From Verrucomicrobiales bacterium (GTDB taxonomy: Bacteria > Verrucomicrobiota > Verrucomicrobiia > Verrucomicrobiales > V1-33): a stretch of 64,000 nt of DNA. Below are positions 28,642 to 38,857 of this stretch, in pieces. The stretch spans positions 1 through 64,000 of the forward strand of contig JANOAV010000202.1 of the NCBI GenBank assembly GCA_031411295.1. The letters run 5' to 3'. Numbering within the stretch: position 1 is the stretch's first letter; each line of letters begins with the position of its first letter. A program made the position numbers and the translations under genes. The notes beneath the pieces were generated by a model. The model had not been told where the DNA came from, did not search any database, and was given only the letters and a program-made list of their open reading frames with translations.

Positions 28642-29287
28642 GTCGGCATCATTGAGTATCTCTCAAATATAAGAATATTTTCACGCTTGATATGCAAATG
28701 TAACATATATTCCTGAAATACAAATTATTTTTATTGTTCGAAGTTTATTTTTAAATTACAGTTGGAGACGTCACCAGCGCGAATCTGTTGCCGGCCCCTC
28801 TAATTGTGGTAATTATAAATAACCACATCATTTTAGGTGTAGCAATTATAAAATTTTGTTTATTGAAATTATGAAGTTCGATCTAACGTCAAACGCAGTT
28901 CTGCGACAATCTACCCCTCTTGGCTCACAAAAAGTCCGTAATTTGATCGCTCTTTCTGGATTGCATATACTTTCTGGAAATGGAAGTTCCCCTTAGCCTC
29001 CGCCTACCAGGTTTTGGCCAATTGTAAAAAGCACCACCGGCTCCGTCTCTTTTAGCTCGATTGCATTTACCAATTACTGATCATCTGCCGATACTGAATA
29101 CTTCGGGCAGCCTTACTAGTTTTTGACCCGGATTCCTGTTTTCGGAAGGGGCGAGGTGGAGTGATCTCAAGCAGCGCCCAAACTTCTGAGCTTTATGCCA
29201 TGTTGGCTCGATCGAGCCCCGAGTGCCCCCCTTTTTCAGACTTTGTGGTGGCTTCGCCAAATACTGTTTTTGATTGTAGGTGCTGGC

Positions 29288-29401
29288 ACCCAAGGCTGCG
29301 CTGCGCTGGCCTTGGGCTTTGATGTTTCGTCCTTGCAGGACTTAGCGAATTGCCCCTGATGATGAGAGTCTTGGGCTTTGATGCCCGTCCTTTCAGGACT
29401 T
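29288..29401. repeat. REP-like hairpin repeat, 1.5 copies
   Basis: CCCAAGGC..GCCTTGGG hairpin. CTTGGGCTTTGATG..GTCCTT.CAGGACTT occurs twice (29311-29343 and 29370-29401). Confidence 0.55.
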
Positions 29402-29555
29402 GAGAAATGACACCTAACCATGATGGACCTGGCCACGCGCCAACAAGGCATGGAGAAACTTCCGAGCAAGTTCTTATCGTATCCGGCCTGCCCCGGAGTT
29501 CCATACGCAGACAAGCGAATGACGAAATGACGGAGTGCTGACAAGATCATGAATT

Positions 29556-30671
29556 ATGAAATTTACTCTATTTGCCGCTGCCTGCCTCCTGCCGCTCACC
29601 GCCTCCGTGGCCCGGGAGGTGTGGACGCCTGCCCAGGCGCAAGCTTGGGGGCAGCAGCAGCCTTGGTTGGTGGGGGCAAATTTCACGCCAGCTTCGGCCA
29701 TCAATCAGTTGGAGATGTGGCAAGCCGAGACTTTCGATGCCGCAGGCATTGACCGGGAGTTGGGTTGGGCGGAGGGCTTGGGCATGAATACCATGCGCGT
29801 TTTCCTGCATGACTTGCTGTGGGCCAAGGATGCGGCGGGCTTCAGCAAACGGATCGATCAGTTCCTCACGCTGTGCGCCAAGCATAAGATTCGCCCCATG
29901 CTAGTGCTCTTCGATTCTTGTTGGGATCCCGCTCCTCAGCTGGGGAAACAGCGCGAACCCAAAGCGGGAGTCCATAATTCCGGCTGGGTCCAGAGTCCCG
30001 GGGCGGCTGCGTTGCAGGACGATTCCCAATGGCCTCGACTCAAGCAATACACTCAGGAAATTATCGCCCGCTTCAAGGACGACGCCCGAATTCTGGCGTG
30101 GGACATTGTCAATGAGCCGGACAATGCCAATGATAGCAGCTATGGTCACAAGCATCTGAAGCAGGAACCGGCCAACAAAGGCGCGCTCGGCATCAAGTTG
30201 GTGAAGGCTGCGCTCGACTGGGCCTACGAGGCGAACCCCAGCCAACCGATCACGGCGGCACCATGGAATGGCGACTGGAGCAGCGAGGAGAAGTTGTCTG
30301 AATTTAACCGACATCTCTTCAATCACTCGGATATCATCACGTTTCACAACTACGGTCCAGCCAAGGAATTCGGGGAACGTGTGGCCGCCCTGAAACGCTA
30401 TCAACGCCCGATCATCTGCACCGAATACATGGCGCGTCCGGTGGACAGCACATTTCAAGGGAGCCTGCCGATCGGCAAGGCGAATCAGGTGGGGATGATC
30501 AACTGGGGATTCGTGGCGGGCAAAACGAATACGATTCACCCTTGGAAAACGTGGCAGGAACCGACCAAGGGCGCGGAACCGGAGGTCTGGTTCCACGACA
30601 TTTTCCGCCCGGATGGCACGCCTTATCGCAAGGAAGAAGTGGAATTTATCAAGGCGCAGACGGGGAAATGA
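29556..30671 (+). CDS. Clan GH-A glycoside hydrolase (GH5-like)
   Basis: Signal peptide, GMNTMRVFLHD, WDIVNEPDN acid/base and ICTEYMAR nucleophile. Confidence 0.87.
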   Translation: MKFTLFAAACLLPLTASVAREVWTPAQAQAWGQQQPWLVGANFTPASAINQLEMWQAETFDAAGIDRELGWAEGLGMNTMRVFLHDLLWAKDAAGFSKRIDQFLTLCAKHKIRPMLVLFDSCWDPAPQLGKQREPKAGVHNSGWVQSPGAAALQDDSQWPRLKQYTQEIIARFKDDARILAWDIVNEPDNANDSSYGHKHLKQEPANKGALGIKLVKAALDWAYEANPSQPITAAPWNGDWSSEEKLSEFNRHLFNHSDIITFHNYGPAKEFGERVAALKRYQRPIICTEYMARPVDSTFQGSLPIGKANQVGMINWGFVAGKTNTIHPWKTWQEPTKGAEPEVWFHDIFRPDGTPYRKEEVEFIKAQTGK

Positions 30672-30771
30672 TAGTCGGGCGGCAGTGCATCATTGGCACC
30701 GGGCGGTCCAAAGGTTAGCCCGCCGAACCCTCCCCGTGAATCAGACGTCTGAATCCGCTGGGGACATGCCT

Positions 30772-30793
30772 GCGGGCTAAAGCCCGTGACTAC
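30772..30793 (-). repeat. GTAG-type REP
   Basis: Minus strand GTAGTCACGGGCTTTAGCCCGC, same family as 5951-5972. Directly abuts the accD stop. Confidence 0.65.
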
Positions 30794-31699
30794 TTAAGCG
30801 GAGGCGGCTTCCGCTGGCATGAGGTAATGCAGGAAACGCCCGACGATTTCCCGCATCTCCTTGCGGGCCACGATGCGATCCACCAATCCGTGTTCCAGCA
30901 TAAATTCCGCCGTCTGGAATCCGGGCGGCAAATCTTGGTGCGTGGTTTCTTTAACGACGCGCGGACCAGCAAAGCCGATCATGCACTTGGGCTCGGCAAT
31001 GATGACATCGCCTAACGTGGCGAAACTAGCCGTGACCCCACCGGTCGTGGGGTGGGTCAAAATGGAAATAAACGGCAACCCTGCCGCTTGATGTCGGGCC
31101 AGCGCGCCACTGGTCTTGGCCATTTGCATGAGGCTCAAAATGCCCTCATGCATCCGCGCCCCGCCGGAGCTGGAAATGATAATGCAACCACGCTTTTCCG
31201 CAGTGGCCACTTCAATGGCACGGGTTAATTTCTCCCCCACCACACTGCCCATGCTGGCCCCAAGGAAGCGGAAGTCCATGATTCCCAAGGTAACCGGAAG
31301 TCCATCAATCGTGGCCCGACCACTGAGCACCGCATCGTTCAATCCCGTCTTCTCGCGATATTGCGCAGCGCGTTCGGTGTAATTCTTGAAGCCAAGCACG
31401 TTCACGGAGATGAGGTCGTCATCCATGGAAACGAAGCTTCCCTCGTCACAAAGCATTCCCACCCGTTCGGGGGAACTCATGGTAAAATGGTGTTCACACT
31501 TCGGGCAGACCCGCAGATTTCCTGCCAGTTCCAGTTCATGCACCGTCGCGGAACAAGCCGGGCAGGCCTGCCACAGGCCTTCGGGCATGTCTGATTTCTT
31601 CTCCGAAAAGTTGTCCATCGACGGCTTCTTGAAGAAGCTGTCGCCAGAGTCAGTGAATTCGGGAAGATCGATGTTTGTTTTACGTTTGCGGCTACTCAC
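30794..31699 (-). CDS. accD: Acetyl-CoA carboxylase carboxyltransferase beta subunit
   Basis: PEGLW..CPAC..CPKC.HH zinc finger, GASMGSVVGEK, SGGARMHEG, PTTGGVTASFA and FQTAEF. Confidence 0.96.
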   Translation of the reverse strand: MSSRKRKTNIDLPEFTDSGDSFFKKPSMDNFSEKKSDMPEGLWQACPACSATVHELELAGNLRVCPKCEHHFTMSSPERVGMLCDEGSFVSMDDDLISVNVLGFKNYTERAAQYREKTGLNDAVLSGRATIDGLPVTLGIMDFRFLGASMGSVVGEKLTRAIEVATAEKRGCIIISSSGGARMHEGILSLMQMAKTSGALARHQAAGLPFISILTHPTTGGVTASFATLGDVIIAEPKCMIGFAGPRVVKETTHQDLPPGFQTAEFMLEHGLVDRIVARKEMREIVGRFLHYLMPAEAASA

Positions 31700-31862
31700 A
31701 GGGCTGATTTAGAACAGTTTCCGGCGGGAGGCAAAGCAAAATTACCTACCCGCACGTGGGGCGGGAGGGAACACCTATCGCCTGCCAGCCGAGGCCCAAC
31801 CCGGGTTTCTTGGCAGGAACGCTTAATTCCCTACTAATCCTATCGACTTTAAGGATTTTCAC

Positions 31863-31890
31863 TTGCGCAGTGGCGGATGTTCGATAGTAT
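31863..31890 (+). promoter_or_regulatory. Putative sigma70 promoter of the sulfite reductase gene
   Basis: TTGCGC-16 nt-TAGTAT, about 50 nt upstream of the ATG. Confidence 0.4.
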
Positions 31891-31938
31891 GCTACCGGGA
31901 CACCCCTCTAAATTTACAAATTACCCCCACCACACATC

Positions 31939-33699
31939 ATGGCTAAGAGCAGCGTCGAAGAAATCAAATTGGAAAGCAACGGACTCCGCGGACACATCGC
32001 GGAAGGTCTGGTGGACCCTGCATTGACCCACTATGAGGAGTCCGAAAATGTGCTGATGAAATTCCACGGCACCTATCAGCAGGACGATCGCGATGTTCGA
32101 GCTGCCCGCACAAAGGCGAAGGAAGAGAAGGCATGGAGCTTCATGGTGCGCACCCGGATGCCCGGTGGCCGGATGACCGCCGAGCAATATTTGATCCATG
32201 ATCGGCTGGGCGATACCTTGGCGAATGGCACGATCCGTCTGACAACGCGTCAGGGCGTGCAATTCCACGGCGTGCTCAAGGGCGGGCTGAAGGAAGTGAT
32301 CGCTGGAATTAACCGCAGCGGCCTAACGACGATGGGCGCTTGTGGCGACGTGGTGCGGAACATCATGGGGCCGGCTGCTCCGGTGCAAAGCGCCGTTTAT
32401 ACCGACGCCCAGAAGTTGGCGGAAGAAGTCAGCAAGCAGTTCCTCTGGCGCAGCAGCGCCTATGCCGATATCTGGCTGGATGGCGAGAAACTGGATCTTT
32501 TGGAAAAGAGCACCGATGCCCCGGGCGTGGAAGATGATCTGTATGGCAAAGTTTACCTGCCCCGAAAATTCAAGATGGCCGTGGCGGTGGCTCCCAGCAA
32601 CGACGTGGACCTTTACAGCCAGGATGTTAGTTTCGTGGCCCATGAAGTCAACGGCGTGGTGGAAGGCTACACGTTGTTCATCGGCGGCGGTTTCGGCATG
32701 AGCCATGGTCAGCTCTCCACGCGACCATTTCTGGCCCAACCGTTCGGTTATGTGAAACGCGAGGATGTGGCCGCCGTGACGGAAGCCATCGTGAAAACGC
32801 AGCGGGATCATGGCAATCGCGAGGAGCGCAAGAACGCGCGGATGAAGTATCTGGTGGAGAAAGAAGGCATCCCCTGGTTCATCGACCAAGTGAAGAGCCG
32901 CGTGCCTAGCGTGGAAATTGCCCCACCTAAAGCAGTGCATTTCGATACCGTGGCCGACGTGTTAGGCTGGCATGAGCAAGGCGACGGGAAACTTTACGTG
33001 GCCGTCTATGTCAGCATGGGCCGCGTGATCGATGTGGCCAATGGCCCGGGCTATCGCAGCGCCTTCAAGGAGATCGCAGAAACGCTGGGCACCACCGTGA
33101 TCATCACGCCGAACACCAACATCATTTTTGCCGACATCGCGAAAGAAGATCGCGCCAAGGTCGATGCCATCCTTGCCAAGCACAACGTGCCGCACGCGGA
33201 AGGTATGACCGCCGCGCACCAAGTGGCCCACGCTTGTGTGGCGCTGCCGACCTGCGGACTCAGCCTGGCCGAAAGCGAACGCGTCTTCGGCGGCCTGATG
33301 GATCGCATCGACGTTGTGCTCCGCGAGTTGGACATGGCTCAAGAGCCGATCCTCTTCCGCATGACTGGTTGCCCGAACGGTTGCGCCCGCCCCTACAATG
33401 CAGACATCGGCTTCGTGGGTCGTGGCCCGGGAAAATACGCCATGTTTGTCGGCGGCAGCATCGTGGGAGATCGCCTAGCCGGTCTGGAAACCAAGACCAT
33501 CGCCTTCGACGATATCCCTGCCAAGGTTCGGGAGTTGCTGGTGGAGTTCAAAGCAAATCGCCTCCCCGGTGAGCGCTTCACGAACTACTGGGGCCGCTTC
33601 CGTGGCCTGGGCCCCGCGCCGACGCCAGAGCAATTCCACATCGAGTTTGCCGAACGCGCAGCCAAGCTGGCGGGGCAGGCCGTGAGCGCGGCGGAGTAA
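31939..33699 (+). CDS. cysI: Assimilatory sulfite reductase hemoprotein subunit (siroheme/4Fe-4S)
   Basis: KFHGTYQQDDRD, RLTTRQ..QFHG, ACGDVVRN, YLPRKFK, CVALPTCGL..AESER and MTGCPNGCARP. Confidence 0.93.
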   Translation: MAKSSVEEIKLESNGLRGHIAEGLVDPALTHYEESENVLMKFHGTYQQDDRDVRAARTKAKEEKAWSFMVRTRMPGGRMTAEQYLIHDRLGDTLANGTIRLTTRQGVQFHGVLKGGLKEVIAGINRSGLTTMGACGDVVRNIMGPAAPVQSAVYTDAQKLAEEVSKQFLWRSSAYADIWLDGEKLDLLEKSTDAPGVEDDLYGKVYLPRKFKMAVAVAPSNDVDLYSQDVSFVAHEVNGVVEGYTLFIGGGFGMSHGQLSTRPFLAQPFGYVKREDVAAVTEAIVKTQRDHGNREERKNARMKYLVEKEGIPWFIDQVKSRVPSVEIAPPKAVHFDTVADVLGWHEQGDGKLYVAVYVSMGRVIDVANGPGYRSAFKEIAETLGTTVIITPNTNIIFADIAKEDRAKVDAILAKHNVPHAEGMTAAHQVAHACVALPTCGLSLAESERVFGGLMDRIDVVLRELDMAQEPILFRMTGCPNGCARPYNADIGFVGRGPGKYAMFVGGSIVGDRLAGLETKTIAFDDIPAKVRELLVEFKANRLPGERFTNYWGRFRGLGPAPTPEQFHIEFAERAAKLAGQAVSAAE

Positions 33700-33723
33700 C
33701 CACTGCCGCAGCTGGATGCTTTA

Positions 33724-33763
33724 AAAATCCCAGAGCTGGCCTTATGGCTGGCTCTGGGATTTT
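33724..33763. terminator. Intrinsic terminator after cysI
   Basis: AAAATCCCAGAGCTGGCC-TTAT-GGCTGGCTCTGGGATTTT hairpin. Confidence 0.8.
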
Positions 33764-33847
33764 GCTTTAGCGAGCACGCAACAACCTGGTGCCAAGGCCG
33801 CCTCCGCGGAAGTTTTGTCCTCCCCGCCAAGTGGTCGCGAGCCACGC

Positions 33848-33876
33848 AAAATGGCCGCAGTTTCCTGCGGCCATTT
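33848..33876 (-). terminator. Intrinsic terminator after the MFS gene
   Basis: AAATGGCCGCAG-TTTC-CTGCGGCCATTT hairpin. Confidence 0.7.
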
Positions 33877-33908
33877 GCGAGAGGTTGATCTAATTCAGAT
33901 GGCAGGCA

Positions 33909-35453
33909 TTAATGCGCCCCGCCAGAACCAAGCTCGACGGGCTTGTAGCCGCCTTTGGCCTTGAAGTAGAAGATGAGCATGAGATAAGCTGCCAGCATCA
34001 AACATGGCAGAATCGCAATGGTGGCGAGGGAAGCCTTCTTGGTGGCACCTTCAACACTTCCAACTTCATCCTGCTGCTCCTGGGGTAACGCCTTCAATTT
34101 TTCCTGATCGACAGTTGGCGCCTGACCGAACATCGTAGCTTGGGGTTTACCCGCGATGACTTGGTGGATCGCAGGCTTTTGGTCCTTCAGGTCACGATCC
34201 ACGTTGGTATCAAGGATGTAGCCAATGAATTGGCTGCCGAGAATACCAACGCCCAGCATCCCTACAGCAGAAATGCCGTTGAGGGTCATGGCACCACCTT
34301 TGGGGAACTGCTCAGCAACGACTCCGAGTGTGGTGGGCCAGAAGAACGTCTTGCCGAAACCATACAGGGTGGCGGCAACCAAGATCGTCAGACCTGTCGC
34401 TTTGCTCAAGAAGACCAATCCAACAGCTGCGATAATAGCGCTCACAGCCAGGAGACCCAGCGGGGAGATCTTATGCACAATGGAGCCAGCGAAGAAACGC
34501 AGGACCATCATGATGAGCGAGGTATAAATGAGCAGGTGTCCACCACCCAGATTTGGGCTGATTTCTTTCATGCCTTTTTCCATCAGACCGCTGATGGCTC
34601 CGTCTGTTCCCAATTCGGTGGTAGCCAGTGGGACCATGATGAGCATCAAGAGAATGAAGAGCGGCTTGCCGAGAGATTTGGTGTAGGCGAAAAACGCCAG
34701 ACCAGCAACGCTGCCGAGAATAATCGCAGGGATATCCAAGCACTGGAGGATGAGGGTTTCAGAGCCTGGCAAGTGGAGCACACGGCTGATTTCCCGACCT
34801 ACCAAAGCGAAGATAAAGAAGGCGCCCAAGGCACCCACTTCACCCAGCATGTCCTTGTAACTCACCCCAGCCGAGACGCGTTCATTGACAGGGAATTTCT
34901 TCGTGACCAGCATGAGGGCATACAGCACCGTCGGAATGAGCACTAAGCCGATCTTGACCTGCCAAGCGGTGGTGGCTGGCATCAGGACAATGATCAATCC
35001 GCCAAACACCATGCCTCCGGGCCATCCGGCATGAAGAATATTGAGCCACTTGGTCTTATCCTTGTTGAACAGGGTCGCGACTACCGGGTTAATGAACGCT
35101 TCCACCGTGCCATTACCGAGAGCCAGAATCAGGGTCCCCACATACAACTGGGTATAGCCAGTGGCGGTGCACAGAATGATCGTGGAAATAATGTGGCAGG
35201 AGAGCGAGAAGAACATCGCAATCTTGTAGCCGATCTTATCAATGACCAAGCTGAAGAGCACGATACTCACGGCAAACGGCCACAAGCCGACGCCACTGAT
35301 CTGCTGCTTTTGGGATTCGGTAAGGTTGAAAAGCTTACCCCATTCATCCAGCACCATCCCACGGGAAACGAAACTGAATGCCGTGGCAATCAAGGCGATG
35401 AAGCAGCCCCAGAAGAGGGCCATGTTTGGTTTTTGACTTGCGTCGTTACTCAT
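33909..35453 (-). CDS. MFS transporter (probable sugar transporter)
   Basis: Many TM helices; IDKIGYK, GNGTVEAFINP, LHAGWPGG and FFWPT.LG. Confidence 0.88.
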   Translation of the reverse strand: MSNDASQKPNMALFWGCFIALIATAFSFVSRGMVLDEWGKLFNLTESQKQQISGVGLWPFAVSIVLFSLVIDKIGYKIAMFFSLSCHIISTIILCTATGYTQLYVGTLILALGNGTVEAFINPVVATLFNKDKTKWLNILHAGWPGGMVFGGLIIVLMPATTAWQVKIGLVLIPTVLYALMLVTKKFPVNERVSAGVSYKDMLGEVGALGAFFIFALVGREISRVLHLPGSETLILQCLDIPAIILGSVAGLAFFAYTKSLGKPLFILLMLIMVPLATTELGTDGAISGLMEKGMKEISPNLGGGHLLIYTSLIMMVLRFFAGSIVHKISPLGLLAVSAIIAAVGLVFLSKATGLTILVAATLYGFGKTFFWPTTLGVVAEQFPKGGAMTLNGISAVGMLGVGILGSQFIGYILDTNVDRDLKDQKPAIHQVIAGKPQATMFGQAPTVDQEKLKALPQEQQDEVGSVEGATKKASLATIAILPCLMLAAYLMLIFYFKAKGGYKPVELGSGGAH

Positions 35454-35659
35454 AATTTTTGACGTTGATGTCGGGTTTGGTTGTAGTCGTTAGGAATCAG
35501 GTTTCGGCTCCCGAAGCACCCCCTCCCATCAGAAAAGAAGGAAAGGGCGCACATCCGAGCACCGACTGGCGCGCATTATGGCGCTAGGAATTATTTCACC
35601 AAGAGAAAAATGCCGGGAAACGAAAATTTTTTCGCGGATGCGGATAGACGGCGGAATTT

Positions 35660-36748
35660 CTATAACCAGCGTTTCCTTTTGAAATACCACAGCATCAGCA
35701 GCGCCACGCCGAGGAAGAAGCCCCAAGCGACGCGATAACCATGCAGCCAATGCAGCTCCTCCATGTAATCAAAGTTCATTCCCCAAACGCCGGCCAGGAA
35801 GCTCAAGGGAAGGAAAATGGTGCTTAAAGCGGTCAGCACCTTCATGATTTCATTCATGCGCTGCGCCAAATTTGCCTGATAGAATTCCCGAATGGCCGTG
35901 ATGGCTTCACGTAAATGATCTGCGGTCTCGATGGCATGCCAAGCATGGTCATAGAGGTCGCGAATGAAGGGCTGGAGCGCGGGGGTCAGCAGTGGGCCCT
36001 CATTGCGTTGCAGGGCGATGGCTACTTCCCGCATCGGACGGATGGCCCGGTAGAGGAAATTTGTTTGGGCCCGAATGGCGTGAATTTCCTGCATCGTGAC
36101 CTCTTTGTCGGCATTGGCCAGACGCTCGTCCAAGTGGCTGATATCATCCTCGAAGAGATCCAACGCCAGCAGGTAATGATCCATGACCGCATCCAGCAAG
36201 GCCCAGGCGAGATAATCCACCCCGGAAGAGCGCAGTTTCCCTTTCCCGTCGCGCAACCGCGCGATCACTGGATCAAAGACGGTGCTGGGACCTTCGTGGA
36301 AACTAATCAGGACCCGATCCGTCAGAATCATGGAGAATTGCTGGGCCTGGAATTTTGCTTCGGTGCCAGTCAAGGTAATCTGCCGCGTGGTAATGAAGAG
36401 ATAGCGGCCAAAGTCATCCACTTTGGGGTGGTGCTCGGTATTTAGGATGTCCTGCTGAATCAGCGGGTGGATGTCATAGGCGGTGAGCAATTCCTGAATT
36501 TTACCCGTATCATGCAGCCCGGTCACCATGATCCAGGTTGGACTGTCCCGGCCTTCAAATTCCACGCACTCCGCCGGGTGCTCCGCGCTGAGTTCCCGCA
36601 TCTCGGCGGTGGTATAATCCAGCACGCGGAAACTAATTTTGTCCACCAACCGCTCTCCCACGTAGGTCAACTCCCCCGGAGCTTGCGCGGGAGGGCGGGG
36701 ATCGCGATGACGACGCAACCAAGGAATGAGTCCAGGCATAACGGGCAT
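35660..36748 (-). CDS. corA: Magnesium/cobalt transporter CorA
   Basis: APG.LTYVG, IHPL..DILNT...PK, MNEIMKVLT..IFLPLSF.AG..GMNF..M.EL.W..GY. Confidence 0.95.
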   Translation of the reverse strand: MPVMPGLIPWLRRHRDPRPPAQAPGELTYVGERLVDKISFRVLDYTTAEMRELSAEHPAECVEFEGRDSPTWIMVTGLHDTGKIQELLTAYDIHPLIQQDILNTEHHPKVDDFGRYLFITTRQITLTGTEAKFQAQQFSMILTDRVLISFHEGPSTVFDPVIARLRDGKGKLRSSGVDYLAWALLDAVMDHYLLALDLFEDDISHLDERLANADKEVTMQEIHAIRAQTNFLYRAIRPMREVAIALQRNEGPLLTPALQPFIRDLYDHAWHAIETADHLREAITAIREFYQANLAQRMNEIMKVLTALSTIFLPLSFLAGVWGMNFDYMEELHWLHGYRVAWGFFLGVALLMLWYFKRKRWL

Positions 36749-36962
36749 AATTGGCGAGATGGTAGGTAGTTAGTGCAGGCGGCAATGAGAACCGAAGGGA
36801 GGCCATCTTGACTTCCCCTGCTAAGGCGAATGTAGCGGTGTGTTGGCTGGCTGCAAATTCGATTGTGAGTCCCAACCGCAGCAGCCATTCCGAATTCCAG
36901 CGCAATAACAATGAAAGATTAAACTTGCTCTGAGGGGCGCAGGCAGCACATAGTTTCCCGTT

Positions 36963-38819
36963 ATGAGGAAATATTTTTTGCGAGCGTTGATTATTCTGGG
37001 GATCCTTTGGGCACTGGGGGGTTACCTGTATTTACCCTCCACGGAGCACAGCTTGGCGGCGGCGGCCAATGCTAAATTGGCCGATGGAAAACAGCGCGAA
37101 ATTTTCAAGCAGGTGAAGGCGGAGTTTTCCGGCCAGCAGGCGATCTTGCGCGGGGTGGTGGGGACGGAGGAGGACAAACAGTTGGCGGAAAGAATCGTGA
37201 GGGATGAAATTCAGGTGCCCAAAGAGCGCTTCTTCAATCCGGTCAAAGCAGTGCACAACGAGATCAGGGTGGACCCTGCGGCCACCTCCCGCAAGCCACA
37301 GTGGCTCATCGCGAGTATTCAGCCAGGAGGGGTCCGGGTTGACGGCCTAGTGCAGTCCCCGGCCCAGATCACTCAACTCATGGAGCAATTCGCCCCCAAA
37401 GTGCCTGCCACTGGAGGCACGCCAGATGCCGCCGTGGTGCCCAATGGGCTGGCGCTTCCCGCCGCCGACTGGACCGCTACTCTGGCCAAAATTCCTGATT
37501 TTAAAGCATTGCTTGAAGGCAAAATGGACAAGGAACGCGGCCTGCTGGCGGTTAGTGCCTGCGACGGCAACTGGAGCGTCCTGCTACCTGCGGCAACGGA
37601 TGAAGAGATTACAGCCAAACTCAATTTACCCAAAATCAGCGCTGCTGAGATCAGTCGCCCGCTGACCAAATTACGGGCTTGGTTTAACGGGCCCAGCCAG
37701 GCTGAATTGGATCGCTTGGCGACCGAAGCCAAGGCCAAACAGGAAGCGCAAATCAAGGCCCAAGCTGAAGTGATGGCCAAGGCCGCAGCAGATGCGAAAC
37801 TGGCCGCCGATGCGGCGGCGGCCGCCAAACTAGCCGCTGCGGGGCCTGCGCTGCCAGCCTATGTCGGCGTGGCAGTCGCGGCTAAGACGCTCAATTTGTT
37901 CGGAGCGGTGCCCGACGAGGCCGTCAAAACTCTGGCCACCACCACGGCACTAAAGTCGTATCCGGGGCGAGCCCTTGACAGCAGCAATCTGAAACTGGAG
38001 CCGAATCGCACACTGCCGACCCCCGTCGCGCTAACATTGCCAGCAGCGCCCCCGGGGAAAGCGGATTTTCTGACGCTGGCGCAGTTGGATGGCACGAGCA
38101 AGCTCTACAACGCAGATGCTTTCGACTCGGAGATCACCAAGGATTTCCCTGCCCTGAAATTTAAAGCAGATGATCTGGCCCTTCCCCTGCTTGGGTTCCG
38201 CTCGGCGCTCGCTACGGCAGGTTCTCTGGCCAAAGACGAACCCTACTTGGCTCTGGTCTCAGATGGCACGACCCTTAACCTAACGGGCGAAGTCGCAGCA
38301 GAGGCCACCAAGTCCCTCCTGCTGGAAAAAATCAAAGCGGCGAATCCTGCTCTGACGCTGGTGGATAAGCTCCAAGTCTCGCCCTTGGTAAATGATGCCA
38401 AAGACTTGGCTGCCACCTTGGACTCACTTCCGGCCTTCGCCCCTGGCACCCCAACTCTGGCCGTGGCGCGGCCTGGGCAGAAATGGCGGCCCTCCGTAGT
38501 CCATGCCATTTACTTCAAAACCGGCTCCAACCGCTCCAAGGATCAGGAACGCGCGATTTACCAAATGCAACGCGTGCTCGAGCTCCTGCCGCAGGCACGA
38601 TTCGAAATTGTGGGCCACACCGACAACGCGGGCAATGCCGAGACGAACAAAAAGCTCAGCCTCGAACGGGCAAACAGTTTCCTCACCGTAGCCACTGCGG
38701 CGGGCCTTGAACCTGCCAAGCTGAGCACACGCGGAGCTGGCCCTGCCGAGCCCATCGCCTCAAATGATACCGCCGATGGCAAAGCCCTGAACCGCCGCGT
38801 CGATGTCCTCCTAAAATAA
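36963..38819 (+). CDS. BON-like and OmpA-domain membrane-anchored protein
   Basis: N-terminal TM helix, several BON-like L.G.V segments and C-terminal IVGHTDN.G....N..LS..RA..NRRV. Confidence 0.88.
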   Translation: MRKYFLRALIILGILWALGGYLYLPSTEHSLAAAANAKLADGKQREIFKQVKAEFSGQQAILRGVVGTEEDKQLAERIVRDEIQVPKERFFNPVKAVHNEIRVDPAATSRKPQWLIASIQPGGVRVDGLVQSPAQITQLMEQFAPKVPATGGTPDAAVVPNGLALPAADWTATLAKIPDFKALLEGKMDKERGLLAVSACDGNWSVLLPAATDEEITAKLNLPKISAAEISRPLTKLRAWFNGPSQAELDRLATEAKAKQEAQIKAQAEVMAKAAADAKLAADAAAAAKLAAAGPALPAYVGVAVAAKTLNLFGAVPDEAVKTLATTTALKSYPGRALDSSNLKLEPNRTLPTPVALTLPAAPPGKADFLTLAQLDGTSKLYNADAFDSEITKDFPALKFKADDLALPLLGFRSALATAGSLAKDEPYLALVSDGTTLNLTGEVAAEATKSLLLEKIKAANPALTLVDKLQVSPLVNDAKDLAATLDSLPAFAPGTPTLAVARPGQKWRPSVVHAIYFKTGSNRSKDQERAIYQMQRVLELLPQARFEIVGHTDNAGNAETNKKLSLERANSFLTVATAAGLEPAKLSTRGAGPAEPIASNDTADGKALNRRVDVLLK

Positions 38820-38857
38820 ATTTCTCCTTAAACCAACCCTTCGCACCTTCTAACATT